Origin: a virus
IMG/VR virus record: IMGVR_UViG_3300023174_000089
Span: 32,001 to 96,000 of that record
DNA: 64,000 nucleotides
Direction: 5' to 3' (one strand)
A model generated the notes under the pieces. The model was not told the origin of the DNA and ran no database searches. It was given only the letters and a program-made list of their open reading frames with translations. A program made the translations under genes and the position numbers. Of the stretch, positions 54,884 through 64,000 are shown in pieces (the first letter of the stretch is position 1; the number at the start of each line of letters is the position of its first letter).

Positions 54884-55205
54884 CTATCTTTTCAATGATT
54901 TTTTGAGATGTGGTAGTTTTCTTGGCAATTATACCAAGCCAACCGGAAGGTATTAAGTTTGAAATGTATTCCAATGGATCAGGTAATATGGCATCAAAGT
55001 GATCAAAATCAACATACTTGTCCTGTGTTTCGTGACACCTAAAGAGAACAATGTGATACGCATCACCCATATCACTACCGCCAATCTTTTCTCCAGGATT
55101 GGCATAATCTTGTCCTAGAATTTGAATTGAATTTTCTTTGTCACCATCCAAAAATGTTAAGAAATCAAATTTATCATTTTTGAGTGGCCTGAGAAAGTCT
55201 AACAT
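54861..55205 (-). CDS. Hypothetical protein
   Basis: Packed ORF. Confidence 0.6.
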   Translation of the reverse strand: MLDFLRPLKNDKFDFLTFLDGDKENSIQILGQDYANPGEKIGGSDMGDAYHIVLFRCHETQDKYVDFDHFDAILPDPLEYISNLIPSGWLGIIAKKTTTSQKIIEKIVDRFKKE

Positions 55206-55611
55206 TATAGTCCTTTATATGTGATTTTCTAACTCTTACCATTATCCATGTATTGTAATAGTCATCGCTTTCCATTACACCACGGATAAACTGCTCTTTT
55301 GCTTCAAGATAACCACATTCACCTTTTGATTTACATAAATGCAGAATTTCACGAACAAATTTTTCATGTCCTAATTCTAACACATCTTGCTGTAAATTGG
55401 CACTACTTCCGTAGTAAGTTTGCCAGTCTGATAGGACCTTTGTCCGTTTCTTCTTTCCTTTGACTTGTTTGGTTTTGGTAGAATAGAAAAATTTCTTACC
55501 TATGTATTTTTTGTCATTCGTCAGATTAGTTATCTGATACACGAACCCGTAATTATCACCAATCAAGTCTTCCGTAAAGTCTTTACCATTATACTGCCAA
55601 TTTATTCCCAT
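55174..55611 (-). CDS. GIY-YIG nuclease (endonuclease II/Seg-like)
   Basis: GFVYQITN...KYIGKK...YYGSS...E...YN. Confidence 0.85.
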   Translation of the reverse strand: MGINWQYNGKDFTEDLIGDNYGFVYQITNLTNDKKYIGKKFFYSTKTKQVKGKKKRTKVLSDWQTYYGSSANLQQDVLELGHEKFVREILHLCKSKGECGYLEAKEQFIRGVMESDDYYNTWIMVRVRKSHIKDYNVRLSQATQK

Positions 55612-55790
55612 TCCTTAATGTCCAAATCATCTTCATCATCCTCTATATAGTCCTCGGATAATTCTTCGATTTGTTCACCACAAAATGGGCAGTGTTCTGG
55701 TAATTCTTGTGAAACCATTTCTTGCATGAAGGATACGTTATAAGTTGATTCACAACTCAAGCATTCACCTGATAATGATTTATTTGTCAT
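55602..55790 (-). CDS. Small zinc-ribbon protein
   Basis: CLSC...CPFCG. Confidence 0.7.
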   Translation of the reverse strand: MTNKSLSGECLSCESTYNVSFMQEMVSQELPEHCPFCGEQIEELSEDYIEDDEDDLDIKEWE

Positions 55791-55799
55791 TTAAATTCC

Positions 55800-56786
55800 T
55801 TAATGGGCCCAAACATCTCCCCAATTTCCTGACAAAGCTCCTTTTGCATAATCAGTAGCACGATTTTCAAAGAAATTGGTGTGTGTTGGTGCGTTAATCA
55901 TTTCTTCTACCCAAGGTAGAGGATTCTTTTTCACTTTAAACACACCTTTGAGTCCCAATGAAATCAACCGGCGGTCTGCAATATAACGAATATACTTCTT
56001 AACATCTTCTGCTGATAGTCCTTCCATTTGATTCACACCAAATGCTAGGTCAATAAATTTATCTTCTAATAAAACCATTCTCTCAGCAATCGTGTAGATT
56101 TTTCCTTTGAGTTCATCATTCCAAATCTCACGGTTTTCTTCTATGTATGTTCTAAACAATTTAATCATAGATTCTGCGTGTTGGGTTTCATCAACGATTG
56201 ACCATGTAATGATTTGTCCCATACCTTTCATTTTGCCATGACGAGCAAAGTTCAATAACATAATAAATGAACTGAATAATTGCATGCCTTCGGTAAAAGC
56301 GGAGAACACAGCAATATGGGTGGCAGTATTCTCTCTTGTGGTATTCTTACTGGAGATATCCATAATGTAGTCATGTTTCTCACGCATCGCTTCATACTCT
56401 AGGAACTCATTATAGGTGGTTTCAGGTAGACCTAGTGTTTCGATAAGGTGTGAGTAGGCTGCGATATGTAACGCCTCTCTGGCAGCGAATCCAGTCAGCA
56501 TCATACGAATCTCTGGCTGTGGAAAGTATGGTAAATAATTCTTAACATAACCACCAGCCACATCAATATCACCTTGTGTAAAGAAACGGAAGATTTGTGT
56601 TAGAAATGTTTTTTCTTCTTTAGATAATTTTTTCTTCCAATCCTTTACATCTTCGGCCATAGGAACTTCGGTATGTAACCAATGAGATTGTTCATGTTTC
56701 AGCCAAGCTTCATAGGCCCAAGGATAGTTAAAAGGTTTGAAATAATTACGTTCTTCCGAAAGATTTGATTCTACTTTTTTTATCAT
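55800..56786 (-). CDS. nrdB: Ribonucleotide reductase class I beta subunit
   Basis: FTQGD, EALH..Y, EG.QLFSSF, DETQH, NFFE.R..DY. Confidence 0.95.
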   Translation of the reverse strand: MIKKVESNLSEERNYFKPFNYPWAYEAWLKHEQSHWLHTEVPMAEDVKDWKKKLSKEEKTFLTQIFRFFTQGDIDVAGGYVKNYLPYFPQPEIRMMLTGFAAREALHIAAYSHLIETLGLPETTYNEFLEYEAMREKHDYIMDISSKNTTRENTATHIAVFSAFTEGMQLFSSFIMLLNFARHGKMKGMGQIITWSIVDETQHAESMIKLFRTYIEENREIWNDELKGKIYTIAERMVLLEDKFIDLAFGVNQMEGLSAEDVKKYIRYIADRRLISLGLKGVFKVKKNPLPWVEEMINAPTHTNFFENRATDYAKGALSGNWGDVWAH

Positions 56787-56803
56787 TATTGTTTTTCCTT
56801 AAA

Positions 56804-58612
56804 TTAACCTTCGCAAGCGATACAATCATTACCTTGTGCAATAGCACTCATATCCAATTCTTTAATCACTTCTCTTTCAATTTTTTTGGCAACTTTATCT
56901 GCTTTACCAATTTTTTCAGAACGACAATAATACAAAGTTTTCAATCCTTTTTTCCATGCCATGAAATGAATGGCATGAATATATTTAATGTGTGCATCTG
57001 GTCTAAAGAACAGATTGAGTGATTGTGCTTGGTCGATATACTGTTGTCTATCAGCAGCTAAATCAATTACCCAACGTTGATCGATTTCCATAGAAGTTTT
57101 AAACACATCCTTTTCTGCTTCATTAAGTATATCTAAATGTTGAACAGAACCATCATTAGCAATAATTGACGACCAAATATCATTATAATCTTCCGTGGCC
57201 AGTGCACCACTTTCGTCAGCCAATTTGTTTTGAATGAGTTGGTCTAACCATTTATTTTTATTTAAGTAAGCACCAGATAATGTATCTTGCCGATAAGCAT
57301 TAGCACGGTATGGTTCAACACTAGGTGATGTATTACCCATAATGATAGAGCTACTAGCATTAGGAGCGATAGCCATAACATGACTAAACCTGCGGCCGGT
57401 GCCTTTTGCATCTGGTGCTTCACCACGTTCTTTGCCCAATTGTAAATTCGCTTCATCTAGTCCTTCTTTGATATGTTTGAACATTCTATTGTTTGCAACT
57501 TTGGCCATCACTCCTTCAAAAGCAATACCATTACGCTGTAGATAAGCATGGAACCCAAGAGCACCGATACCGATAGAACGTTCTCTTTCGGCACTATATC
57601 TTGCACGAGCGATAGCATCAGGAGCATTAGTGATGAAGTAACTGAGGACGTTATCAAGCATTTCGGCAACGTCTTTGAGAAATAATGGGTCAGATTTCCA
57701 TTCATCATAGTTCTCCAAGTTTAATGAAGATAGACAACATACGGCTGTGCGTTCTTCGTTTGTGGGCAAAATAATTTCAGAGCAAAGATTTGACTGATGA
57801 ATCTTCAAACCTTTATCTTTGAGAAATTGTGGTAAGTGTTTATTACTCGTATCAATGAAGTGAATATATGGTTCACCTGTATGCATACGCAATTCTAAAA
57901 TTTGTTGCCAAAGATGCTTTGCTGACACTACTTCACGGACTTCACCTGAGTGTGGGTCTTTTAATTCCCAATCATCTTTTGCTTCAGGATCCAACATACA
58001 ATTTTCAATGATTTGCATGAAGTCATCGGTGATGTTAATACCATGATGTAGATTTAAACAACGAACATTTGGGTCGCCTGTTGGCTTCCGCATCTCTAAG
58101 AAAGGGATAATATCTGGATGAAAAATACTGAGGTAAGCAGCATAACTGCCCCTGCGAGTGCGACCTTGCCTGTATGCCAAAGAACTGGCGTCATAGATTT
58201 TGAGGTGAGGCATGACACCAGTAGATTTATCGTCTGCTGAACGAATACCAAAGCCAATGCCAACACCACCCCCGAGCATAGAAAGCCAATTAGTTTCTGA
58301 TAGGTTATCAACTAGTCCCTCCGCAGTATCTTCAATATAGTTGAGAAAACATGATATAGGCATCCCACGCTTACTGCGACCAAAAGAAAGAATGGGAGTA
58401 GAATAAGAGAGCCAATGCTTGCTAGAATAATCGTAAAGCCGTTGGGCATGTTCAGCATTTGAGCTGAACGCTTTTGAAACGAATGCGAATCGATGCTGTG
58501 GAGAAGTTTCATCTTCTCGCATGTATGATTCTTGTAATCTTTTAATTCCGAGCTCATCAAATAATTTATCTCTTTCTAAATCTATATTAATCCCTAGATA
58601 TTCCATGTTCAC
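56804..58612 (-). CDS. nrdA: Ribonucleotide reductase class I alpha subunit (no ATP cone)
   Basis: ISCF, NLCSEI, CCLSS, APNASS, LYY, C-terminal CIAC; 602 aa. Confidence 0.95.
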   Translation of the reverse strand: MNMEYLGINIDLERDKLFDELGIKRLQESYMREDETSPQHRFAFVSKAFSSNAEHAQRLYDYSSKHWLSYSTPILSFGRSKRGMPISCFLNYIEDTAEGLVDNLSETNWLSMLGGGVGIGFGIRSADDKSTGVMPHLKIYDASSLAYRQGRTRRGSYAAYLSIFHPDIIPFLEMRKPTGDPNVRCLNLHHGINITDDFMQIIENCMLDPEAKDDWELKDPHSGEVREVVSAKHLWQQILELRMHTGEPYIHFIDTSNKHLPQFLKDKGLKIHQSNLCSEIILPTNEERTAVCCLSSLNLENYDEWKSDPLFLKDVAEMLDNVLSYFITNAPDAIARARYSAERERSIGIGALGFHAYLQRNGIAFEGVMAKVANNRMFKHIKEGLDEANLQLGKERGEAPDAKGTGRRFSHVMAIAPNASSSIIMGNTSPSVEPYRANAYRQDTLSGAYLNKNKWLDQLIQNKLADESGALATEDYNDIWSSIIANDGSVQHLDILNEAEKDVFKTSMEIDQRWVIDLAADRQQYIDQAQSLNLFFRPDAHIKYIHAIHFMAWKKGLKTLYYCRSEKIGKADKVAKKIEREVIKELDMSAIAQGNDCIACEG

Positions 58613-58645
58613 CTTATTGTTGTTATCGTTAATACAAATTTACTA

Positions 58646-59656
58646 CTAAATCTTTTTCCAATTCATGAATTCTATTTTTGCTCTAAGATTTACAAAGGTA
58701 TTTTTACTTATAAAATCTTGGATTTCATCTGGCGAAAAACCAGATAATATCATATCATTAATGTCCTTTTCTTCAATCATTTCTGGCCATATCACCACAT
58801 TATAGTGATTATCTATCGCCTTTTCCATTTTATCTACAATTTGTTTATTACGAGGTTCGTTATCAAATATTAAAACCACTTTTGATTTATCAAACGCATC
58901 AGTAATTGATTCTAAATTTGAATCTGCTGTAGCAACAGCATTTTTAATAAACATAGAATCGATTGGGCCCTCAACAACATATATTAATTCATCCTGGTTG
59001 GTCCTGTCAAGTCCATAAATCTTTTTATCGTTCTCGTCTACCTTTAATGTTATGTATCTGAGCTTGGATTCACCTAATGCTCGACCTTGTATAGCGATGA
59101 GATTCTTTTCAGCATCATAGAACGGAATAACAAGGCGTTTGTCTTCCTTAATAAGCTCTTTCTCAATCCCCAAACTTTGTATGAAGGCTGCAAAGTCTTC
59201 CGCATAGTATAATTGCGAGAGAAAGTCCTCTGGAATTTTCCTTGATTTAACATACACTTTAGCAAAATGCGCTTCTGGTAAAGAGTCGATAGACGGGAGA
59301 TCCAAGGATTTTTTAAATACTGGCTTGGACGTTTTTGCTTCCTCAAATTCCGGCTTAGTATAATTGTTGTTTCCCGTTTCACCATTTTTATATCTCTCTA
59401 ACTGATATTCTTTTATCAATGTTTCATCAACTTGTTTCAAAAAATTATAGAATGTAGTGGATGCACCGCAGTTATGACACATATAAAAATAGTCATTCTT
59501 TTTGCGATAAACATAACCACGAGATTTTAATTTGTTTTTTTGTGAGTCGCCACAAAGCGGACACCTGAAATTATAAAGGTCATCCTTTTTCTTGGTAAAC
59601 CTTTGTAATTTAGGCGATACTTGTAACAGGAAAGACCTGTCAATAAAAACACTCAT
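58646..59656 (-). CDS. DNA primase gp61
   Basis: RCPLCGDS...CHNC, VVEGPIDS, FDNEPRN, KDIND. Confidence 0.93.
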   Translation of the reverse strand: MSVFIDRSFLLQVSPKLQRFTKKKDDLYNFRCPLCGDSQKNKLKSRGYVYRKKNDYFYMCHNCGASTTFYNFLKQVDETLIKEYQLERYKNGETGNNNYTKPEFEEAKTSKPVFKKSLDLPSIDSLPEAHFAKVYVKSRKIPEDFLSQLYYAEDFAAFIQSLGIEKELIKEDKRLVIPFYDAEKNLIAIQGRALGESKLRYITLKVDENDKKIYGLDRTNQDELIYVVEGPIDSMFIKNAVATADSNLESITDAFDKSKVVLIFDNEPRNKQIVDKMEKAIDNHYNVVIWPEMIEEKDINDMILSGFSPDEIQDFISKNTFVNLRAKIEFMNWKKI

Positions 59657-59671
59657 AATATAAAAACCAAT

Positions 59672-60094
59672 TTATTTAATAAACTTACTTATTGTATCAG
59701 GATTAACATGTGAAATCAACCATGAAATAGCAATAATACCACCGGCAACCATCCATTTCCATTTCAGTAAGGCATCTAAAGCATCTTTTTCTTGTTTATT
59801 GTGTTCAGTCATATCATTTCTTAATGACTTAAATTCATTCATAATTTCTTTATTGGAAGCTTCCATTTTATCAAGAACAGTATCAATACGTTGATGTATC
59901 TCTTTAATATCAGCCTCCGTTTCTAACCTGCGATTGTCCATATCTGTGTATACCTTTGCAATATGCCGGTCGTGTTGGTCGACCAACTTTTCTATAACCT
60001 GGTCCATTTTATTACAAAGTGCAGATAAAGTCAATACCTGTGTCTTTAAAACACCAATATCAACTTTAATGTCGGTATCGTCAAACTCTGCCAT
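59672..60094 (-). CDS. Coiled-coil protein with C-terminal TM segment
   Basis: Heptad pattern then KWKWMVAGGIIAISWL. Confidence 0.65.
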   Translation of the reverse strand: MAEFDDTDIKVDIGVLKTQVLTLSALCNKMDQVIEKLVDQHDRHIAKVYTDMDNRRLETEADIKEIHQRIDTVLDKMEASNKEIMNEFKSLRNDMTEHNKQEKDALDALLKWKWMVAGGIIAISWLISHVNPDTISKFIK

Positions 60095-60286
60095 TTATTT
60101 TTTCTCTGGTACTGGTGTGCCTTCTAACTTCTTATGCACCTTGATTTCTTTGCAAACTTCTTTTTCTTTACCAGTTTTTGAGTCTTTTTGTGTTACACAA
60201 GCTTTCTTGGTTTCGGCAGCGTAAGTAATTTGATATCCAACCAAAGACCAAATTACAATATTAAATGCAATTAAAAACTTTTTCAT
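60095..60286 (-). CDS. Small secreted protein
   Basis: Signal peptide and two Cys. Confidence 0.6.
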   Translation of the reverse strand: MKKFLIAFNIVIWSLVGYQITYAAETKKACVTQKDSKTGKEKEVCKEIKVHKKLEGTPVPEKK

Positions 60287-60504
60287 TTTTCTTCCTTTTT
60301 AGCAAATTTTTCTGAGGCGGTAAATCCTAATCCTGCGATTACGAGATATATCATCGAATCAAATAATGAAGGTGTTACTTTATAACCAAATATATCGGCA
60401 ACAAGTGCAAAACCACATATTAAAAATGCCAAAAATGTTATAACTCTTTTGCTACTGACTGAACCATTTTGTCCATCAGAAAGCATACTGTTTAACCAAT
60501 TCAT
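60283..60504 (-). CDS. Putative holin-like two-TM protein
   Basis: SSKRV, two TM segments, charged C-terminus; in the lysis module. Confidence 0.55.
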   Translation of the reverse strand: MNWLNSMLSDGQNGSVSSKRVITFLAFLICGFALVADIFGYKVTPSLFDSMIYLVIAGLGFTASEKFAKKEEK

Positions 60505-60507
60505 TTA

Positions 60508-60987
60508 TTAAATCTCCGGCTGAGGTGGTTGAACTGGTGCAGGTTTACCACCAAATCCTGTTACAACTGCTGGTGTAAATGGCGATGGTGCAGGTGCCGA
60601 TGTAACAAAAGCAGGCGTTGTCACACCACCAAAACTTGGTGTAGATGGTGTTGTTGGTGCAGGCGACACTGTTGTTGTTCTATTGGCCAATTCTAATGCT
60701 TTTCTCTGTGATTCTTTATCACCGCCAGCCAGCATAATACCAGACAATGTGCCTGTTAAAAATGTGGCGATAGGTACAATCAACTCAAAAAACTTTTGGT
60801 CAATTGGTGAAATGGCATTGAGTGGTTGTGTCACAAAGATTAGTGAGTATAACACAACAAATACGATACCAAACAATGTAAGTGATAAACAGATACCAAT
60901 GAAGAACTTCAGACGAGCCATTAACTGCTCTTCTGTATACATGAAGTCTGGTTCTGGTTGTTTTGGTTCTTTATTAAATAAATTCAT
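60508..60987 (-). CDS. Membrane protein (holin-like) with Pro-rich tail
   Basis: Two TM segments, near the endolysin. Confidence 0.55.
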   Translation of the reverse strand: MNLFNKEPKQPEPDFMYTEEQLMARLKFFIGICLSLTLFGIVFVVLYSLIFVTQPLNAISPIDQKFFELIVPIATFLTGTLSGIMLAGGDKESQRKALELANRTTTVSPAPTTPSTPSFGGVTTPAFVTSAPAPSPFTPAVVTGFGGKPAPVQPPQPEI

Positions 60988-61256
60988 TTGCAATTCGCTC
61001 CTGTTACTGGTACTGATGGTATATTTTGTGCAAGAGGTTTATTTCCTCCTGGTCCCAAACGTGGGTCATTTTGGCCTTTGAAGATATGTTCTGGACAAGT
61101 TCTAGTTACATCACAATATGGCAGTTTACACATATCTTTATCCCAATTTGCTGGGTCTTGGCAAGGATAACGGAATCGGTCACCACTAAAATAAGCCAAT
61201 GTTAAAGGCAATAACAATATAAACAAAATCCACTTTAATAACTTCTTGTCATTCAT
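60984..61256 (-). CDS. Membrane-anchored Cys-containing protein
   Basis: TM segment then RYPCQDP.NW...C..P.C....TCP. Confidence 0.6.
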   Translation of the reverse strand: MNDKKLLKWILFILLLPLTLAYFSGDRFRYPCQDPANWDKDMCKLPYCDVTRTCPEHIFKGQNDPRLGPGGNKPLAQNIPSVPVTGANCK

Positions 61257-61882
61257 TAATGAACTCCCAATACATGAAGTGCGTGTTCATAATGTTTAAT
61301 TCTATCTTCAAGTCCAATGATACCACCATTGATACGCTTTGTTAATGTTAGTATGTCGCCTTTGTCAGCCCATTGGTTGAGATTGTTTGTTTCCCAAAAC
61401 CAGCAAGCAGATTGAGCTGCACCTTCAAATGTTTGTAGATATTCGGATGCTTGTTCGACAGGTATTTCAATTGAGGCAGCAAACCAAGAATAGTTCTCTT
61501 TACCTGTCAATTGAATTAGACCACGGCCACAATATCTGAAACCATCACCAGAGGCCTCATCGCCATTACCCATACGATTAGCATAGATACGATTTGCGAT
61601 TGCTTCTTGTTTGTTTGGTTTGTTTGCATACTCATTTGCCAACTCATCTGTTGGAAAATACTTAGCAAATAGTTTGCGTAATGTAGCTGCCTTGTAATTT
61701 AAATTTTCTTTGAGAAATACAAAATTACCAGATTCATGAGCGCACTGTGCTATGAAAGCTGCAATACGTTGTGGTGTGTTAATACCGTAGTCAGGTAACA
61801 ATTGTGCCAAGGCATTGTGCCATTGGTCAATGTATGGATTTTTTGGAAGCAGTTGCTTCAGTTGTTCTTTTGTTAGTTCCAT
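61256..61882 (-). CDS. GH19 endolysin
   Basis: AAFIAQCAHESG...ENLNY...GRGLIQLTGK.NY...SACWFW...INGG..GL.DR. Confidence 0.92.
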   Translation of the reverse strand: MELTKEQLKQLLPKNPYIDQWHNALAQLLPDYGINTPQRIAAFIAQCAHESGNFVFLKENLNYKAATLRKLFAKYFPTDELANEYANKPNKQEAIANRIYANRMGNGDEASGDGFRYCGRGLIQLTGKENYSWFAASIEIPVEQASEYLQTFEGAAQSACWFWETNNLNQWADKGDILTLTKRINGGIIGLEDRIKHYEHALHVLGVH

Positions 61883-61995
61883 TATTTTTTAATCATTCCT
61901 AAAACTTTTGCTTTGATTGCTTTGGCCCAAAATGGTTCTGGAAAATGCCAGCCAACAAATGCGCCTACTAAAATCCAAAATAGTGTATCTACCAT
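61882..61995 (-). CDS. Small membrane protein (37 aa)
   Basis: MVDTLFWILVGAFVGWHFPEPFWAK...; AAGGAG RBS; not in the track. Confidence 0.6.
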   Translation of the reverse strand: MVDTLFWILVGAFVGWHFPEPFWAKAIKAKVLGMIKK

Positions 61996-62005
61996 CTTTT
62001 TCTCC

Positions 62006-62212
62006 TTATACAGCCATCTTTGCAACAGAAATTGCTGCATTGATCATTGTGTTTAATTGTTCTTTGAGTGCTAAACCTTCAGCATCATCATTAATGCCTT
62101 CCATTATATTAATACCTTGTACCAATTGAACATATTCTTCTTTACTGATTTGGCCTTCAGCCCACATCTTATTATACTCTATAATCAAAGCATTTAATTG
62201 TTCTGGATTCAT
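62006..62212 (-). CDS. Hypothetical protein
   Basis: Packed ORF. Confidence 0.55.
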   Translation of the reverse strand: MNPEQLNALIIEYNKMWAEGQISKEEYVQLVQGINIMEGINDDAEGLALKEQLNTMINAAISVAKMAV

Positions 62213-62613
62213 CTCGGTTTGCTCCCTAAAACATGTTGAATGGTATCAGCAGATTTTTCTATTTGTTGTAACTTTGCTTTACAAAATACAGGTGAAATTT
62301 TTTCTGCCTTATTAAAATAATCTCTTGTATCCTTTGTTAATGTCAATAACTTAGTTGACATATTATCCGTATCTTTATTTCGTGGTATATGAGTTGTAAA
62401 GTTTTTAAATTCTAATGCTTTAATATACAATTCATTTACCTGTGTAACCACCAATAATTGATTGTTACAATTTTCTTCAGCAACCTGTGCCTTTGTCTTA
62501 ATATCATTTACAATAAAGTATTCATTGGTATCATACTTGGCCATAAAATAGGCATCAAATAACGTGCAACCACCCAAAGATAAAACAAATATTAAAGGTA
62601 ATAACCTTTTCAT
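62209..62613 (-). CDS. Lipoprotein
   Basis: LGGC lipobox. Confidence 0.7.
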   Translation of the reverse strand: MKRLLPLIFVLSLGGCTLFDAYFMAKYDTNEYFIVNDIKTKAQVAEENCNNQLLVVTQVNELYIKALEFKNFTTHIPRNKDTDNMSTKLLTLTKDTRDYFNKAEKISPVFCKAKLQQIEKSADTIQHVLGSKPR

Positions 62614-63048
62614 TTAATTGCACCAACTTTGTTTTGCTTCACCAAAATATTCACGAGCATAACCATTTTTAATTAACATGGTGCGTAATGATTGGCCATT
62701 TAGTATGATATCACCCAAGACACGGCCACCAAATTTATCCCACCCATACAACACAACTTGGCGCTGATTGGAAGCGGATACTGCTTTTTTTGTAAATTCT
62801 GTTGCTGCTTGTCCTCTGGCATCTTCTGAAGGACATTGGGCTCTGAATCCTTTTTCTGGAGTATCCACACCGAATACTCTAACGGCAAGTTCGGGTTTAA
62901 GTGGTGCCGGTAAAAAGGGAGCCGCTATGACTACAGTATCACCATCATTAACACGAATGATCTGAGCGTCATAGGTTACACCTTGTGGAGTTTTCTGTGC
63001 AAATGCCACCAAAGGTAAAATCAATAAAACAGTTAATAATTTTTTCAT
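62614..63048 (-). CDS. Secreted thermonuclease (SNase-like)
   Basis: Signal peptide (AFA), V.DGDT, VR..GVDTPE, DKFGGRVL, G.AR.Y. Confidence 0.88.
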   Translation of the reverse strand: MKKLLTVLLILPLVAFAQKTPQGVTYDAQIIRVNDGDTVVIAAPFLPAPLKPELAVRVFGVDTPEKGFRAQCPSEDARGQAATEFTKKAVSASNQRQVVLYGWDKFGGRVLGDIILNGQSLRTMLIKNGYAREYFGEAKQSWCN

Positions 63049-63338
63049 TTTACACTTTCAGATATTTGTTTCTGTTGTTTGTACCACAACTGCCAAGCAT
63101 TATATCTATCCTGTAGTTCATAATACAATCCGTAATTCTCATTAGCATTTTCTAATAAATCGGCTAATGTCTTTTTATCTTTACTTAGAGGCTTTAGAAC
63201 CGGAGCGGGCTCCATTAGCACTTGAGGAGCTTCTGGAAACTTTTGGCTCAACGGCACGGTTGTAGAGCACCCAAGCATCATCAGACAGCTTACACTCAGC
63301 GTTAATAGCTTCCCTTTTCGCTTCAATATCTTTAGCAT
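63045..63338 (-). CDS. o-spanin (Rz1-like lipoprotein)
   Basis: LGC lipobox, Pro-rich segment, overlaps the 3' end of the Rz-like gene in another frame. Confidence 0.75.
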   Translation of the reverse strand: MLKILKRKGKLLTLSVSCLMMLGCSTTVPLSQKFPEAPQVLMEPAPVLKPLSKDKKTLADLLENANENYGLYYELQDRYNAWQLWYKQQKQISESVK

Positions 63339-63675
63339 TCCTATTCACCTTCTCTCTAATCAATTCCTTATTTTTACCAACTTCAACAGTTAATTTTTCA
63401 TTCAGTTTAGCAGACTTAACTTCTGCTTCTTTTATCTTTGCTTGCATTTCGGCTATTCTAGCACGATATGACATTTCTACGCCATAACCACCTTCAAAAT
63501 ACACACCAATTAATAATAACACTATACCAACTTGTCTGCCAACTAAAGCATATGGTTGAATCACAGGTATAAATTTAACAAGTGATCCTATAAATGTTAA
63601 TACAAGTCCGAGTATAACCAGACCATGTATTGCCCATTGTAAAATCCAATCAGGTATGAATGACAAAAACCACAT
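63181..63675 (-). CDS. i-spanin (Rz-like)
   Basis: N-terminal TM segments, coiled coil, C-terminal Cys; overlapped by the Rz1-like gene. Confidence 0.72.
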   Translation of the reverse strand: MWFLSFIPDWILQWAIHGLVILGLVLTFIGSLVKFIPVIQPYALVGRQVGIVLLLIGVYFEGGYGVEMSYRARIAEMQAKIKEAEVKSAKLNEKLTVEVGKNKELIREKVNRNAKDIEAKREAINAECKLSDDAWVLYNRAVEPKVSRSSSSANGARSGSKASK

Positions 63676-63677
63676 TT

Positions 63678-64000
63678 TTAAGCCTTAGGTTGTTTTCTCC
63701 GAATCGACATTAAGATTGGAGTTTTTTTCTTTTTCATGTGAACACCTGGTTCACCATCTTTACCTACACCAATACCAGCAATTGCACCACCTCCGGCAAC
63801 ATTAGCAATACCATCTTCATTTATCTCTTTGCGGCGTTCAGCATTACTTTTAACGTTGGGTGCATCGGGATTTTTATAAGGCGTTTTTCTAAAGCCTTTT
63901 GCATCATAATTTCCAGATTTTTTCTTTGCAATTGCTGTAGCAGCAGCTATGGCTGCAGCTGACCCTTCTTTAACACAATTGGGCACCATACGGTTGCCTT
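63678..64000 (-). CDS. Hypothetical protein, probably N-terminally truncated by the window
   Basis: VPNCVKE and ANVAGGGAIAG.G...EPGV motifs. Confidence 0.5.
   Translation of the reverse strand, partial: GNRMVPNCVKEGSAAAIAAATAIAKKKSGNYDAKGFRKTPYKNPDAPNVKSNAERRKEINEDGIANVAGGGAIAGIGVGKDGEPGVHMKKKKTPILMSIRRKQPKA

Noticed and set aside
55800-58612. Introns or inteins in nrdA/nrdB
   Set aside because: Both ORFs are continuous, compact and contain the expected motifs.

Overview
A 64 kb AT-rich segment of a large T4-like (Tevenvirinae-related) myovirus genome with a probable Gram-negative host (Rz/Rz1 spanins, periplasmic proteins; a betaproteobacterial host is only an inference). Most genes are on the minus strand. 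1-20 kb is a virion module: two Gly-X-Thr collagen-like fibres beside a GT4 glycosyltransferase, a split gp5, gp27-like, gp53, gp48, gp4, gp2, gp54, gp26/gp51 and two paralogous tape-measure-like genes. 20-24 kb holds gp32, gp59, gp33, SleB and a circularly permuted (two-piece) tmRNA gene that the ORF track cannot show. 24.8-29 kb is a RiPP-like cluster: a radical SAM/SPASM enzyme, an Asn-Cys-repeat protein, an EF-hand-like protein and two putative 2OG-Fe(II) oxygenases. 29-53 kb is an accessory/early region (rubredoxin-rubrerythrin, GalE-like, CobS/CobT-like pair, tRNA-Tyr, GroES, many small ORFs) with near-consensus sigma70 promoters, several carrying a phased TGTTG-N8-CAACA palindrome. 53-64 kb holds RNase H, nrdAB, primase and a lysis module. 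Main candidates for novelty: the radical SAM plus Asn-Cys-repeat modification system, the permuted phage tmRNA, and a probable -1 frameshift joining gp26 to gp51. Family assignments come from motif recognition by eye; no database searches were run.
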